Of a DNA stretch of 44,480 nucleotides, positions 1 through 11,753 are shown piece after piece. How positions within the stretch are numbered: position 1 is the first letter of the stretch; each line of letters starts with the position of its first letter. The stretch comes from Tricharina praecox (Eukaryota). The stretch covers positions 124,001-168,480 of the forward strand of contig NW_026250444.1 of assembly GCF_024521635.1 (NCBI RefSeq), read 5' to 3'. The notes under the pieces are model-generated. The model was not told the origin of the DNA, searched no databases, and worked only from the letters and a program-made list of their open reading frames with translations. The position numbers were made by a program, and so were the translations under genes.

Positions 1-401
1 GCCTATCGAGCTTTCACTCGTTACCCCTCGCGGTACCTCTCTGTCCAGCCGATCCAGGGTGACCAACCCCAGGCAGCTTTATAGGCTTGCACACAGTGAG
101 AGCCAGGGTGAGAAAATACAAGACGAATGAGGAGACGGTTCGCCGGCAGAGGACATAGAAAACACGGGTGGCATGGACGAAGAACTGGATTCCTTAGTTG
201 AGCTCACAGGTGGTTGGACGGGCGAGAACCGGACCTACGATTACCCTCAATCGTTCATCCATTCCCTCTTTGCTTCCTTCTTTGTTTCTGTCGGGTTGAG
301 TTGGGCAGGGAGGGAGCAGGGAGGGTTGACTCGCCGGGAGGGCTGGCCGGATCAGAGCAATAGGGAACCGGTATCGAGCTTGCGGCTAGCGGTCTGTGAC
401 A
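1..401. mobile_element. Possible LTR fragment running off the left edge
   Basis: Ends in TGTGACA at 395-401, the same terminal motif as the LTRs at the right of the window; TATA-like CTATAAAG on the minus strand near 77-84. No partner LTR or TSD is visible in the window. Confidence 0.3.
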
Positions 402-868
402 GCCGGGTGGAAACGGTCATTTAATCTGCCATGATCTACCAAAGTCGAATCAATGATGATTAAACAGAAAAGAAAAGAAAAAGCCAACAAGGCGTGTCAC
501 GAGATGTATACTGCCGAGTGATATCTTGTAGCAAGCATCGTTGTCCTTCGCCGTACTTCGATGTCTGACAACCTCTGGTCTTCCCACAGCGGGGACGCCT
601 TGAAGATTGGTAAAATGTGAAATTCCAAATTTCAAGTTGTCCTCCTAGGTATGCTGTCTTACAGTGCTAGGCCTGGCTCACCGCGGATTCCGTCTATTGA
701 GCCCGCTGGTGACCGGTCAACCATATGAGCTCCCAGAATCCATAGATTATCAACGCCATTTGAGGTCTTGGTAGACTTAACGATGCGTGTGTGTTGTCTC
801 TGGTTGGTTGGGAACGGCTGATCCCAGTCCGGACACGAGCAGGAGCCAGACACGCGATCTCACGCGAC

Positions 869-1330
869 GAGTGACAAAGTGATAAAGTGATAATAAAGTG
901 ACAACCCGTGCCGGAACGTGGCCTTGCATTGCCATGATCTATCCAGGTCGCAAGCACTTCCTGAATAAACAAAAGAAAAAAACGGAACCGTGGCTTGAAC
1001 CAAAAACCTTCACCACCCCGGTGGGTGGCTTGGAAACCCAGATAGATGGACCGATGCTCCAGTCGTCCTTAAGTACTCTAGCACTGCGTCCGAGCAGCAC
1101 TCATCTACAAACAGGTTACAGGTCTGCTGTGCTCCATTTCTTCCTGTTTTTCCATTTCTTTCCGGTCTCCTTCCTGATCGTTTCCGACCACAGCACTCTC
1201 TGTTGAGCTCGCTCACTACCTGTTGCAGTTTTTGAACAGGTAGTGGGTCCTCATCTGCTTGGACTTGTTGTACCAATACCAGCGCTGGTCGTGAGCTGTC
1301 TCGCTGCTTCATCCGCTCCGCCACCCAATG
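869..1330 (-). mobile_element. Degenerate 3' end of a LINE (Tad1-like) ORF2 with 3' tail
   Basis: Minus-strand frames join into DQRWYWYNKSKQMRTHYLFKNC..QQRVLWSETIRKETGKKWKNRKKWSTADL-FVDECCSDAVLEYLRTTG. This resembles the decayed CCHC knuckle and C-terminus of fungal LINE ORF2. It is followed by a T-rich tract and a short tandem tail of (ATCACTTT)-like units at 869-903. Confidence 0.6.
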
Positions 1331-1789
1331 GGTGTTCTTTTTTGTTCAATCATTGATTGCATGCGACCTATCTAGATCATGGCAATATCATGTCCCAATG
1401 AGGGTCCCGAGTGATACCGGTACCTAGCACTCCGAGCGACGAGTGATACTGAGTCCGAGTGGCATCATGGAGTTCTACCTTTTTTCGTCGGTTGTAACTT
1501 GTAACTTGTTTCGGCATGACATATTTATAATGTATGTATCGGTATAACACGGAGCGGCGGAGCACGTCTGGGAGTGTCTGAGTCTGCTTGTGAACTCGCT
1601 ATCAGCACAAAGTGCGGCTCATTTGCACTGGGAACTCAGGCTTCTGCTTGTAAGTCGGCCTTTTTTCCTCATAGCGTACAAGTTGCAATGTTTATTTGGG
1701 TGAACGATCAGCAGTAAACGTCATTTCTCTCTCCAATTCGTTTCCTCCCGCTGGCAGCCTGAATCCTCCTTCACTTCCTCCTCCTGTGC

Positions 1790-1985
1790 GGGTGTCACAT
1801 GACACCACCGAGTGATATATCGTGCTTCACCCGTCACGTCAAAAACAAAAACCATCACCATCCCCGGCGGGTGGCCTGGAAACCCCAAGAGCTGAATAAA
1901 AAGGTCTGTCACCTAGGTTGAACCCAGAACTTTCCCTCAACTTCCCTCGCCGATTGCATGGCCTAAACCACTAGACCACGCGGGG
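1790..1985 (-). mobile_element. tRNA-derived SINE-like element
   Basis: Minus strand has an A-box TGGTCTAGTGG (1978-1968) and a B-box GGTTCAACC (~1924-1916) but no clean cloverleaf. These are followed by a 40-bp segment (1846-1885) about 36/40 identical to 1001-1039 in the LINE remnant. Confidence 0.45.
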
Positions 1986-4900
1986 TTTTTTCCGTGCTAG
2001 AAACATGAATTCGAAAATCATAAAGTGGTGGGTGCCCCCCTCACCCCATCGCGCTACGTGCTTGGCATATCCAGATAATGAGATAATGGCTAGATGAACG
2101 GAGCCTAAGTGATTGTATTGATTCGGGGAGGTGGACGGGCGCAGCTGTGGGTACTGGTTTCCGCCATGGGACCGGCAATGTACTGTGGTCTTGATATGCT
2201 GGATGGATAATTCGTCATGCAGACGAGCAGTACGAACAACTGCACATGGGGAGGGCGGTCGGCGTGTGTATCAAGCGCAGTACTACATATAGATGTAGGT
2301 GTCTAAAGCCTTAGTCAAAGCGACCAGCCATCTGCCATGTCGGATCCACAGCCTGCTCCTCTGAGTCCTCTCCATGTTTCGCGGCTCATGTATACTAGTG
2401 GTAGTAGGTATAGGTAACAACCTTCATGAGTGACACCGAACAATAGCCTCACCGCTACTCTACTATGCACATCACTACATACGATCACACCGTCTACACT
2501 CTTCTTACTCTTCACGCTGCTCTGCCTCGCCAGCCGCGAATCGGATGTGCAAACTCTAGTTCCGGCATGGCGGGTAGATATGTAGGTCGAGATCTTTCCC
2601 TCCGAAACACCGGCGTCTCTGGGCGTGAAAATCTTCTCGGCATGGCAGGAAGTTTTTGCTGGCGACGAGTGATATGGGGTGGTCTTGCGTGATGGCGTTT
2701 GACCAGAGGGTGGGTACTCTGGCATGGCTAGCTACAGGCCTCCTGAAGCAGGTACCATCGGGCCAGTTCGAGATGAACGTCAAGGCGAGATCTTTGTGCA
2801 GATATTCTACTCGCGCACGTCAGTCGCGACTCGCGACGGTACATATATAGTTTACACCGGTAAAGTAACTGTCGCCCCCACGCATACACAGACCACGCAC
2901 AGAGTCGCGATCAGATCTGTCGTTGGAATTTGATGGTTCACAACAATGGGGACCAAGAAGCGAAAGATGCCATAGCCACAGCCACTGTGGAATAATCTAT
3001 GTAGGTATATACACACCGTGGGTTGTGGATTGAGGATAAACTATTTTCTTCACCATGCTGTCGCCACCATGCGCTTCCAACTTCCGGTGCCGAGAGTCGA
3101 GAGTCGAGACCGGGGTGGGGCGCGGGGCCGTTGCCGCTCGATCCTGAACCCGTGTACCTGCTCCATGTATCTACAGGGCCGCGTACACAACACAACACAA
3201 CACAACACTCCGTTTTCCTTCCCCTTTTCTTGCATCGGTTGCTCAGGATGTTTACATATGTTCGAAGGTGACGTGGCTGGCTGTACATAATCGGTCGGTA
3301 AACCTCTTTTCTCCGCTGTCCAGTTGGGTTTTCTCCGCTGCGATCACGGTGGGGGCCCGGAGGGGGGGCGAGGGAGGGACGAGGAGGAGACGTCTGACAG
3401 TGCAGGCGCCACGACCGGACAAGCGAGCGAGCGAGGGAACGAGATTTGTCGAGATTTGTCTCCTCTGCTCGATCGCTGACTGCAAGTTTGCAAAAGCAAA
3501 AGCAAAGCAAAAGCTGAGGAAAAGGGTTCATGCGTGTTTCATGTTCCTTTTTTTCTTTTTTACATATCGACGAGATTTGGTTTTTTAGCGACGAGATTTG
3601 GGGCGGGCTGGAATCGACACGGGTTATCTGTATCCATATCATATCGAAGCGATACGGTTTTGGGGATCTGCTCTGACTGCAGGTGAAGCTTGAAGGAAGA
3701 GGACAGGAAAGGACCGCTGGAGGTGGGAGGAGGGAGGGAGAGGGAGGGGGACTCACCGACTGGTGAAGGGGGGAACTTTGGTGAGATGCCCCTGACGAGT
3801 TGCTCTTATCGAGTGGTTTGGTACACTAGACTCCACGCTCGGAGATGTTGTCTCCATCTGAACTTCTTCGGTAAGTAGCTTGTCATCCACGCAGCGATTG
3901 AGTTCGCAACCCACCCTTTGCCAGCGCTTTGTACACCGTTGCGTTGGATACCATCATGAACTCGAGTAGGCGGTTCCGGAGATGTATGTACCAACAACGG
4001 CGCGCATCTCATACCAACGGCGCGAATACATCTGCACTCGGTTGTAGATATGTGTGCACTCCATGGTGTTACATAACTACCACGGTCATCCACCCATTCA
4101 GACGACAAAGTTGAAAGGATCCAGCCACGGCTTCTCCGTGCCGTTCCTAACGATCCCAGGTGACGCACGGTGATGGCCCTCAAGCTTCTCGCTCCTCGCT
4201 CCATGAAATCGTAGCTGTGTACTTTGTATAGTAGAGTACCCGTGCTGTATCCTGCGCAATTTAACGATGCTGGCGGGATAGCGGCAGCCAGCATAGCATG
4301 TTGCCTTGGCCTCGAAATGCTTCCTTCCTTCGTTCCTTCGCCTTCCCGCGCGAGAACAACAACAAACTGACAACGCCTCTGTCGGACTTCAGCGAAGAAT
4401 CTTTTCCTCGCAACAGAGAAAGCAATGGACATGCTGGGCGGACTGGATAGGGAAGTTTCTTTGAGCCGGATCTCACCTCCCCTCACCGGCCGTTGAGGAA
4501 CCGGTTTCTTTGTGCCCTGCCAGGCACCTGCCATGCGCGAAATTATCAGAGGGGGAGGGAGGGAGGGAGGCTTCGCCAACGCAGGGGGAGGCTCGATCCG
4601 AATTGGAGATGGAGATGGAACATCCTTCCTATTGGAGCGTTTGCACTGGGGGGACTGGTAGATATTCCTAGTGTGGTTTGTTAGTGGTTACTCGTACCTT
4701 GCAGGACGCGCTGAGGTTTGGTTGGCTGTCTCTGATGAGCTGCAGCTCTGGGGGCCCTGTGCCAGAGGAATTACCCCTGGTCCGCGAGATTCCGCAGGCT
4801 TCGACTGGAATTCCTTGCTTACCTGGATATTTGTTTGTTCACCTTGCCTTGCCAACCTCCGAGCAAAAGTTCGACACCTACTGGGTGATGGTGAAAAGAT

Positions 4901-5774
4901 GATGATCATGATGATTATGCACAAGATGCGCAAAGATAGCGCAAAGGCCAAGTCACCACCAAGACCCGCCCTTCGTCCTTCGTGATCCGTAATGTGCCGC
5001 TGTGCGGTCAGCAGAAGCAGAAGCAGGCAGGCGGTCAGTCGGCTCTTGATACTCCACACTCCACAAGACTCTCGAGACTCTCGAGACTCAGGAGGCGGAC
5101 AGCGGTGGCATCGTCGCCGGAGGGCCCGGATATCTTCAATAATGGCAGGGCAGCTTCGTAAATAGCGGTTCCCCACATTCACAATCCTCGGAAATCACCC
5201 AGACAAGTGGACTTTGGGATTCCTGTTCCAAAAACACCGCCGCCGCCGTCCCAGACTTGTGCGCTGCCCACTGGCTAGCCTTGTTCGAGGATGATCCGGC
5301 CCATGATGCCCTTGGAGAGCTTCCTTTTTTTGGACGAGATTGCGGGTCCGATCGAGCCTAGCTGTGGCAGCTCATTTGCTTTGCCTGGACCCACCGCTGG
5401 TGTTGCGCTCTGTTGCCGCTGCTGTGCCCGCCCTGCTCACTGCCGAATTCTGGTGGAGGTGGAGGTGGTGAGGTGGAGGTGGTGCTGGTGCTGGTGGTGG
5501 CCCCGGTGAATTGGCGCAACTTCCCCCCCGGACCCATGTACCCCCTTTTCAGATACTGTTCCTGCCGCCCGCCGCCGGCCCTTATTAATCGCCAGCTTTC
5601 CCCGTTCTCTCTTCCTTCCTCCTGTCCTTCTCTTCCTCCCCCACGCAAAAAATACGATTTCCAACTCGTATCTTTAAGCAACCTAATTGACCACCGCTTC
5701 ACTCGTTCAGCGGCATTCTTTCATTCCGACGCGATACATAATACCTAGTTCCGAAACGAATTCTCTGCTTTTGG

Positions 5775-5884
5775 GTATGTTGCTGCCAAGTGCGATTGAG
5801 AGGGCGACAGATTGGCGATATTGGCGATCTTGTCGTGTTTTGGATTGACGGATGACGGCTAATGGATCGTGGTCTGTGCTGCAG
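5775..5884 (+). other. Probable 5'-UTR intron of the GH17 gene
   Basis: GTATGT donor at 5775, GCTAAT branch site, TGCAG acceptor ending at 5884, 10 nt before the ATG at 5895. Confidence 0.55.
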
Positions 5885-5894
5885 ATATTAAATC

Positions 5895-8190
5895 ATGAAG
5901 TACTCTCTCATCGCCCTCGCTGCGACCGCCATCTGTGGCGCGTCGGCTGCCAGCCACAACCACCGTCGTCACAACCACAACGACATCTTCAAAAGGTTCG
6001 AACAGAAGGCCGACGACTGCAAATGCTCCACCTACGTGACCTCCTACGTGGTCCCTGTCACCAGTATGTTTTCTCCCGTTGTCAGTTGGTTAGTGGTGTC
6101 AAGTCTAACGCGCAAACCCAGTCTACCCCACCGGGACCGTTACTGTCGTGCCCGTCTACGAGACCGACACCCCCAAGGCGACTGGTACCTACGGAACCGA
6201 CTCGCCTGCTGAGGAGACCCCCGCGTACGGAACCCCCGCCGAGGGCACTCCTAGCTGTGGAGCCGGAACCGGTGTCGACTGCCCTGCTGGTGAGTCACCT
6301 GCTGGTCCCGTGGACACCCCGGTCTACTCGACCGGATCTCCGGCTCCTGTCTACCCCTCTGAGGGCACTGCTGGTTGCGGAGCCGGAACCGGTGTCGACT
6401 GCCCCGCTGGTGAGACACCCGCCGGTCCTGTCGACACACCCGTGTACTCGACTGGCTCCCCGGCTCCTGTCTACCCCGCCGAGGGCACTCCTAGCTGTGG
6501 AGCCGGAACCGGTGTCGACTGCCCCGCTGGTGAGACTCCTGCCGGTCCCGTTGACACCCCCGTCTACTCGACCGACTCTCCCGCTCCCACAGACACCCCC
6601 ACCGAGGCCGTCACCACCAAATACTTGACCAACGTCCAGACCTCGACCGCTTACGACTATGTGACGGCCACTGAGTACGAGCCCGTCCCCACCCCTGAGG
6701 TCGTCACCTACACCCAGCCCGGTACCTACACGATCCCCGCCAAGACCGTTGTCGTCACCGCCACCGAGACTGGTGTCTACCCCGAGACGACCGTCCTGGT
6801 CCCCGGAAAGACCGAGACCTACGGAGGTGTCACCACCATCGTCGAGACCTCGACCGTTGTGACCTGCCCCTACGTCGCCGTCGAGACGACTGACGGTATC
6901 ACCGTCTCCAAGATCTACGAGACCGTGTACGAGTGCCCTACCGCCGGTACCTACACCATCGGTGCCATCACTACCGTACCCACCGAGACCACCACCGTCG
7001 AGTACGGTGTTCCCACTGAGTACCTTCCTGGTACTTACGTCCAGCCCGAGATCACCACGACCATTACCAAGACCAACGTCGTCGTGACTTGCCCTTACTC
7101 GACCATCCACCCCACCGAGACCTCAGAGACTCCCGAGTACACTGCGGTCCCCACTCCTGCCGAGACCCCGGATTACCCCGTCGAGGAGTCTGAGATCCCC
7201 GTCTACACCTCCAAGGCCACTCCCGTTGTCACCAAGGAGACTCCCGTCTACACCCCCAAGGCTACCCCCGTTGCCACCAAGACCCCTACCTACGAGGAGA
7301 CCACCGGTGAGGAGGAGGAGCACGTGTCCACCTCCAAGTTCTCGACCACCAGCTACAAGCCGACCACCTCTTCCGCTGTCCCCAAGAGCACCGCGACCCC
7401 CGAGATTTCCGGTGGCAGCGGCAAGTACTGGGCCGTCACTTACTCCCCGTACGCCGATGATGGCACTTGCAAGAAGGCTGCCGATGTCGCTACCGACATC
7501 GCTGACATCGCTAGCAAGGGTTTCTCCAATGTCCGTATCTACTCCACCGAGTGCGACGGTCTTAAGAACGTTGGTGACGCTTGCCGCGCCAACGGTGTTG
7601 GTATGGTCGTTGGCTTGTTCATCAAGGCTGGAGGGATCAGCACCTGTGCCCAGGACCTCGAGGACCTCACCGCCTGGAACGGATGGGACATGGTCAAGGC
7701 CGTCATCGTCGGTAATGAGGCCATCTTCAACGGCTACATAACTGCCGGAGGACTCGTTGACTACATGACCACCGTCCGCGAGACCCTCAAGGCCGGCCCT
7801 GGCTACACCGGACCCATCTCAACCGCCGAGACCGTCGGCATCCTCGAGGCCAACCCCGCTCTGTGCGACGCCTGTGACTTCGTCGGTGTCAACATCCAGC
7901 CCTACTTCGATGGTCAGCGCACTGCCTCCGAAGCCGGTGCCTTCCTCAAGACTCAGCTCGCCGCCGCCGAGAAGGTTTGCGGCGGAAAGGAGGGTTACGT
8001 CCTCGAGGCCGGATGGCCTTCCGCTGGTGCATCCAATAACAAGGCTGTCGCCTCGCCCGAGAACCAGAAGATCGCTGTTGAATCGTACGAGGAGAACGCG
8101 CCCGGTCACATTGCCTACTTTACTTACCGCAATGACCTGTGGAAGGCCGCTGGTATTGAGCAGAACTTCGGTTGTGCTTCCGTCTTGTAA
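5895..8190 (+). CDS. btgE: Secreted GH17 beta-1,3-glucanase/transglycosylase, BtgE/Scw11-like; exons 5895-6063 and 6122-8190, 745 aa
   Basis: Signal peptide MKYSLIALAATAICGASA; His-rich propeptide ending in KR; in-frame intron GTATGT..CTAAC..CAG at 6064-6121; Thr/Pro-rich stalk. C-terminal GH17 domain with VTYSPY, VRIYSTEC, IVGNE (acid/base) and LEAGWPS (nucleophile). Strong C-ending codon bias. Confidence 0.9.
6241..6590 (+). repeat. Three 120-bp coding tandem repeats (40 aa) in the GH17 gene
   Basis: Units start at 6241, 6361 and 6481 with GAGGGCACT; they encode EGT(PS/AG)CGAGTGVDCPAGE(S/T)PAGPVDTPVYST. Confidence 0.95.
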
Positions 8191-9369
8191 ATGGTTGTAA
8201 TAATGTAGTGTAGTTTGTGGATGGAGTGGGGAGGGAGGAGATGTGGATGTGTGTTTGTACATGAAATGTGATACCAGGGAGCGCGTTTACTTTTGGTTAT
8301 AGATGTGGAATTTAATACGTTGAGCAACTTCACATTCGTCGCTGTTTTTCCTGGGTGAAATTTTTCTACATACTGTGAATATTTTGACCATTGTGCAATT
8401 TGATGGTGAAAAGGGGCAACCTGGTTACCTGGTATGACGGGAATAGGGGTACGAAGCGCGTAAGACGGCGACAAGGTGAGAGGCCGGACTTCCTAACTGG
8501 GTGAGAAGTGCAAAACGATGGAGAATCCCAGCCCCCCCAAGCCCAAGTGGTTGGCCAGTTAGTATGTAGTTGCCTACCTCAAGTAGTAGTTACCTCAAGT
8601 AGTAGGTGGCAGCTTGGAAGAGCTCAGCCGATACGCGCGTCGATAATCTACCGTACTCTTACGCGAGGTGAAGTTTGGGGAAGTGGCGGGTCGCCAGCGC
8701 AGTGCAGCGATGGGAAAGTGTAGTGCAGTGGTGGGAAGGAGCGACATCACTCGGCCAGAACCCGTGATTTGCCTGGCGGTTGGGCGTGTGTGGTGAATGG
8801 GGTGTCGACCGCTGCTTCAGCCTCCTGGTGTACCTACAGTAGAGTATATACCTATTGTATCATACATAGTTGGGGCTTGTGTTTGCATTCATGCTGCACG
8901 CCGTGTAGGGAGTGGGCCGTGCCATGTATAATGATGCGGTGTCACTCGATTGCTATTAGGCCTCTACTGTAGACTATTGCTGTCTGGCAAAGTTGTTTCT
9001 TGTCTGTAACCATGCTGGAATCATCCCCACGCGCGAAAGCAACGCACCCCCCAAATCTATAACTATGTACTTACATATATACAGTTCAGTATTCTTCAGA
9101 AAAGGCTCGCAAGTATGGTAAGGTGATTAGAAGCTATGATAGATACCTAGGCTGACTCGCCAACAACAGTCCAAGAGACTGAAGGTAAGTGATCGCATGA
9201 GCATCGAGATACAATTGTTAACCCCCCATCTTCTTCCTTTTCGCCCTTCCATCTGTCCCTCCACTTCTAAAATCTTCTTTCACCCCCTTCTTCTTCACCT
9301 CTACCCCCATTTCCCCCTCGCACATAAACATTCGAATCGCAGTACCAGCAGAAACAAGTCCACCAGCAG

Positions 9370-11753
9370 TCACTCGAAGGTCAAAACGCTGACCTCGCCC
9401 GTCGTCTGCCGATAACTGTAAGCGCGATGCTGCCCGTCGTCCCCACGCACACCTGTGAGGCGCTGTAGCCACTGGACGACCGTTTCCGCGAACTTATCCA
9501 TGGTGTCGGGTGCCGGTGTGCGTACACGGCGAGCTGACAGGGTGCTGATATAACCGGGCGTCATGGCGGGGAGACGTTTGATCAGCTTGTGGGTTTGCTC
9601 GTTCTCGTCGTAGGGGAAGAGAGGATTCGTATCCGTTTTATTGCTGCGACGGGTGCGCCGCCGGGTTGGCTCTGGTGCTGGTGCAGTCGCTTCTGGGGGG
9701 GATTTTCTTTTCTCTCGCAATGGTGGTGGGGCCGACGGAGAAGGTGGTGAGTACGGTGGCGGCGGAGTGAACGTAAAAGGGGCAGTGGGCGTAGAAGAGG
9801 CGGTGGGCGTAAAAGAGCCGGCGGGCATTAAAGAGCCGGCGGGCAAAAAAGAGCCGGCGGGTGTAACAGTGGCGGTGGGCGCAAAAGAGGCGTGGAGGGC
9901 ACGGCGTCTCACTGGGGCATACAGATCCACTTCATCGGCTTCGTCCTCTCCGACTCCGAGCTCGGAGGGCATCCGGGCAATGCGGTTCGGAGGATTGAAT
10001 GCTGGGCGGTCACCCTGGGGTCTCGCCGGTGCCTGAACAGCACACCTCGTCGGGGTAGGCTCCACCTCTTCGTCGGGTTCACTACCGAATCCGGCTCGCG
10101 GTATCGGCCTTTGCGCGGACGATCTCGGCATTCTCACGATGAAGCGGTCCAAAGCACCTGCATTCTCTGGATCCTCTAATCGTTTCGGTTCTTCGTGACG
10201 CCGGCCACTTCTCATAGGTGGAAATGTTGGATTTGGGAATGGCGGAGACGACCCGAAACCGCGGGGTTGAGGCCGTTTGCCTCCTGGCGTGCGCATGGGT
10301 GTGGTCAAAACACCGGTTGCTCGCCACTCTTCTGCACGCAATTGTCAGTCGAGATCCAGCTGAGAGGCGGCGTGTGTTTCTTACCTGGAACTTCGAGATC
10401 ATCTGGTTCCTCCTCCAATGGAGGAGGAGGAGGAGAAGGAGGACGGGGAAGGGGAGGACGAGGAGGAGGCGGTGGTGGAGCTCTCGCGATATCGTCCAGT
10501 TTCTCTCGCGATGGGGTGGGCTGCGTGGAAAGATCCTTCTCAATGTCACCGACGACATCTTTCCTGCGGGCAAGCAAGACTCCAAAGTCCTTGTTAGCCG
10601 TTCCTTGTTTCTTCCTCGTCTGCGTCTCCGCCGTCTTCGCAGGTTCTTCGCCTGGTGGCGGTTCTCCGTATATCTCTGTCAACAGCTCTTCCAGTGCGGC
10701 TTCAACATCGGGATACTTTGATGCATCAAAAAGGATGTCATCTTTCGCGGGCTCGACATTCGCATCGTATATCCCCTTCGGACATCGAATGTTCAGATAG
10801 AGGAAGGGACTAGTGGGCGCGTTGTCTGGAGGTGATATAGCTTTGATTCGGGATCTGTAGAGCTTGATTATTTGCGAAAATACACCTCGCACGTTAGAGA
10901 CGGGTCGGGAGTCGACATAGATGTACTGTCCTGCCTTCTCGAGAACAGCGAAATCGCAACCAGTCTTTGGAAGGAGCGCTTCCACCGCGATGCCGTTTCT
11001 CACCTTGACCAGCCATTCGCACGCTGCCGCCAGGTCTTTCCCCCCCACTTGTCGCACAGCCTCATGTACAGACTTAGTAGGGACATACACGATATGGTTC
11101 TTCGTATCGCTTTTGGCCAGTATCTTCAGCGAGAAGCGGCAGAGGGGCCGCGAGAGGTAGTACCTCGCCACGAGGTCCTTCAATTTCTTTTGCAGTGCCT
11201 GTTTCTTCTGCGCCATATTCTCCCTTCTCACCGGCAACGGTTTCAGGAAGCCTTCGACGCGTACCGTCGTTCCGATCGGCGCACTGATGTTTCGAACCTT
11301 GACAGCCCCGCCTCTACGAACCTCGTAGATCTCGGCCACCTTTTCCCCCTCAACTCTCGTCGTGAACGACATGGCCATCGACAACTCGGCGGCACTCGCC
11401 AGCGCTTCGCCACGGAACCCCAGCGTAGCAACAGTCGCAATGTCCTCGACCGTAGTGATCTTGCTCGTAAAGTGGCGCAGACACACGACTTGGCGATCCT
11501 GCGGCGCGATTCCAAGGCCATTATCCCTGACAACGACCACGTCGAGCAAATTTGGCGAGACTTCGATCGTTACCTGCGTCGCATTTGCGTCCAGCGAGTT
11601 CTCAATCAGCTCCTTGATCAGCGCTACCGGGTCCGGCAGTGCTTGCCCCGAGCCGAGCGCACACACTGTGGTCGCCGGCAGAGCGCGTATGGCTTTCGTG
11701 CCTGTAACCGTGACCGGGACCGCGAGGTCGGATGGGGTTGCTGGTTCGGACAT
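9370..11753 (-). CDS. MutL-family mismatch-repair ATPase (human PMS1 / yeast Mlh2-like); exons 11753-10385 and 10331-9370, ~776 aa
   Basis: GHKL motifs KELIENSLDA, DNGLGI, HFTSKI, TLGFRGEALAS and GTTVRV; transducer domain YDANVEPAKDDILF. A 53-bp intron GTAAGA..CTGAC..CAG (10384-10332) joins the two ORFs in frame. The C-terminal half is Pro-rich and low complexity. Confidence 0.85.
9772..9895 (-). repeat. 18-bp (6-aa) degenerate coding repeat in the MutL-family gene
   Basis: Encodes FAPTATVTPAGSFLPAGSLMPAGSFTPTASSTPTAPFT; AAAGAGCCGGCGGG recurs at an 18-bp period. Confidence 0.75.

Noticed and set aside
2315..2950. Short ORFs and a hydrophobic stretch (PSTLFLLFTLLCLA) resembling a decayed secreted-protein gene
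   Set aside because: Multiple stops, no recognisable family and no consistent splice structure.
2938..5750. Several 100-270-aa ORFs in purine/pyrimidine-skewed sequence
   Set aside because: Low complexity with no motifs or codon bias; probably the long upstream region of the GH17 gene.
6241..6590. Regularly spaced repeats as a CRISPR array or RiPP precursor
   Set aside because: Coding tandem repeats inside a eukaryotic GH17 gene, with no unique spacers and no KR sites between units.
5852..7741. Overlapping alternative-frame and antisense ORFs
   Set aside because: Shadows of the codon-biased GH17 CDS.
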